A stretch of 64,000 bases of DNA from Flavobacterium sp. (GTDB lineage Bacteria > Bacteroidota > Bacteroidia > Flavobacteriales > Flavobacteriaceae): the NCBI RefSeq assembly GCF_025352015.1, contig NZ_JANXUG010000101.1:13800-77799 (forward strand), in the 5' to 3' direction. Under the pieces are notes generated by a model that was given only the letters and a program-made list of their open reading frames with translations, made no database searches and was not told where the DNA came from. Shown in pieces: positions 63,203-64,000 of this stretch. How positions within the stretch are numbered: position 1 is the stretch's first letter; each line of letters begins with the position of its first letter. A program made the position numbers and the translations under genes.

Positions 63203-63664
63203 ATGAAAAAGATTTTGATTGCATTAGATTATGGACTTTCCGCTCAAAAAATTGCAGAAAAGGGATATGAATTGGCAAAAAGTATGCACGCCAAAGTCGT
63301 TTTTCTTCATGTTGTTGCTGATGAAGTTTATTACAGCAGTATGGATTCTGCACCTTTTCTCGGATTTTACGGCTATGATTTTTTTAATATCGACAACAAC
63401 GATAGTTTGATAGAATCATCTAAAAATTTTTTAGAAAAAATAAAAACGCATTTAAAAGATCCTGAAATAGAAATTATTGCAGAGCAGGGTGATTTTGCCA
63501 AAGTTATTTTAGAAACAGCCTCAAAATTGCAGTCAAGTATTATTGTTTTAGGATCGCACAGTAAAAATTGGCTCGAAAAAGCAGTAATGGGCAGTGTTAC
63601 CGAAAGTGTTTTAGCAAAAACTAAAATACCAATGTTTATTATTCCAATTAAGGAAGATAAATAG
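63203..63664 (+). CDS. Universal stress protein (UspA family)
   Basis: KKILIALD, VVFLHV and IIVLGSHS...MGSVTESVL...IPMFIIP. Start moved to ATG at 63203. Confidence 0.92.
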   Translation: MKKILIALDYGLSAQKIAEKGYELAKSMHAKVVFLHVVADEVYYSSMDSAPFLGFYGYDFFNIDNNDSLIESSKNFLEKIKTHLKDPEIEIIAEQGDFAKVILETASKLQSSIIVLGSHSKNWLEKAVMGSVTESVLAKTKIPMFIIPIKEDK

Positions 63665-63682
63665 GTTGAATAAAGTGATACA

Positions 63683-64000
63683 ATGGAATTACTTACACAT
63701 CTTTTTTATTTGTTTGTACTAGCAATTCCCATTGCATGCGTAACTTGGATCGTAACGCGAGAAGAAATTTTTATTGAACCAAGAAATTATTGTATTCAAA
63801 AATCTAAATTTTGCAAATCAATTCTGAAACGAATTTTTTTCTATTTATTTACCTTCGAATATTGTTTTAGTCATTATGTTACCTTGTTTATTTTATTTTT
63901 TATAAAATTTCAATTGTTATATCAAGATTGGCGAGGTTATTTAATTTCATTGTTTGCTTTAGTTTGGATAGCCAATTTTTATATGGGTGTTTTTGCTTTA
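63683..64000 (+). CDS. Small membrane protein (DUF1360-like), runs off the window end; not in the ORF track
   Basis: Open frame of 106 codons: MELLTHLFYLFVLAIPIACVTWIVTREEIF...FYLFTFEYCFSHYV...DWRGYLISLFALVWIAN... Confidence 0.7.
   Translation, partial: MELLTHLFYLFVLAIPIACVTWIVTREEIFIEPRNYCIQKSKFCKSILKRIFFYLFTFEYCFSHYVTLFILFFIKFQLLYQDWRGYLISLFALVWIANFYMGVFAL

Overview
This window is a mostly core-genome segment of a Flavobacterium-like (Bacteroidota) chromosome. The assignment rests on AT-rich DNA, TAnnTTTG promoter boxes, A-rich translation starts without Shine-Dalgarno sites, SusC/SusD genes and T9SS cargo genes. Gene order: rarA (partial), a rhomboid protease, rlmB, an Omp85-SusC-SusD trio, then the str/S10/spc/alpha ribosomal superoperon (rpsL to rplQ, 8744-26048). 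Within that operon fusA is split by a 1-nt A-run deletion (probably a sequencing error), uL24 is shortened, bL17 has a long acidic tail, and rpmJ was missed by the ORF track. Next come carA, a secreted hypothetical, eno, guaA-LysM-OsmC-DUF3820-pyrG-yidC, proC, a fasciclin lipoprotein, a MORN/YwqK protein, mnmA, an S8 protease with a T9SS CTD, a nitronate monooxygenase-like protein, a type-B CTD adhesin/PorP/PorE-like triad and pafA. An accessory block at 54.4-59.4 kb holds an MBOAT + SGNH-like pair and a lipoprotein beta-carbonic anhydrase + SbtA-like transporter. The window ends with thyA, a DUF151 nuclease, etfAB, a Usp and a partial membrane protein. No tRNA, rRNA, CRISPR array or intact transposase was seen. 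The most interesting unexplained signals are non-coding: two copies of a dyad-symmetric, Flavo-1-like element with exchangeable central hairpins (one carrying a nested REP-like repeat), ribosomal-operon leader hairpins, 7/8-nt periodic spacers and several operator-like palindromes. A GC-rich module apparently swapped into the adhesin gene also stands out. All family calls come from motif recognition and memory, not database searches.
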